Shown: in pieces, positions 63,817 to 64,000 of the stretch
Numbering within the stretch: the first letter of the stretch is position 1
Layout of the letters: each line of letters opens with the position of its first letter
Source: an archaeon
GTDB taxonomy: Archaea; Methanobacteriota_B; Thermococci; Methanofastidiosales; NM3
Assembly (NCBI GenBank): GCA_004212155.1
Contig: RXIG01000024.1
Coordinates: 7,853 to 71,852 of the forward strand
DNA: 64,000 nucleotides
Direction: 5' to 3'
Made by a program: the position numbers and the translations under genes
The notes under the pieces: model-generated
The model's database searches: none
Told to the model about the DNA's origin: nothing
Seen by the model: the letters and a program-made list of their open reading frames with translations, nothing else

Positions 63817-64000
63817 CTACTCCTCCGGCGGTGCCGGTATGAAATCGTGCTTCATGAGAAGCTGCGTCTCGTCACGAGCGCGGGCGATGATCTTCTCGGC
63901 GTGGGCGTAGAGCTCCTGTCGCGAGCGCTTGACGCGCGCCACGCCGTCGCGCACCGCCTGGCGTCCGACGGCAACGGCCTCCCGCGGGAATACCTCCCAC
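63817..64000 (-). CDS. C-terminal fragment of an unidentified protein (gene runs off window)
   Basis: Open frame ending ...ELYAHAEKIIARARDETQLLMKHDFIPAPPEE-stop (TAG 63817-63819). Confidence 0.3.
   Translation of the reverse strand, partial: WEVFPREAVAVGRQAVRDGVARVKRSRQELYAHAEKIIARARDETQLLMKHDFIPAPPEE

Overview
The window is an archaeal chromosomal segment. Genes are GC-rich (about 60% GC) and are separated by extremely AT-rich spacers. TATA-like boxes lie 25-30 nt upstream of many start codons, so many mRNAs are probably leaderless.

The gene content points to a methyl-reducing methanogen of the Methanomassiliicoccales type; this taxon call is inference. The relevant genes are Orc1/Cdc6, SepCysS, an F420-type [NiFe] hydrogenase, an MtxX-like protein, iron-sulfur flavoprotein, and corrinoid/MtaA-type methyltransferases.

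I support about 70 protein genes, tRNA-Cys(GCA), tRNA-Gly(GCC), a 7S SRP RNA and a candidate replication origin beside orc1. Several short genes fall under the 60-aa cutoff of the ORF track. I saw no CRISPR array, IS element, integrase or recognisable defence genes.

Most interesting observations:
1. An eight-gene, translationally coupled operon at 42410-52877. It joins two corrinoid modules and three URO-D-family methyltransferase domains to an AOR-type oxidoreductase, a GlcD-type flavoenzyme, an HdrD/GlcF-like CCG Fe-S protein and an APC transporter. It could be an undescribed methyl-substrate pathway that also supplies electrons.
2. A locus at 5276-7496 containing tRNA-Cys, a 59-codon ORF, SepCysS and a stand-alone ThiI-type PP-loop domain.
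3. A fused FrhG-FrhB hydrogenase subunit at 37067-38620.
4. Duplicated uncharacterised genes flanking an mtxX-like gene, followed by a radical-SAM-like gene with a non-canonical cysteine motif (54634-58491).

All functional calls come from motif and architecture recognition by eye. No database search was run.
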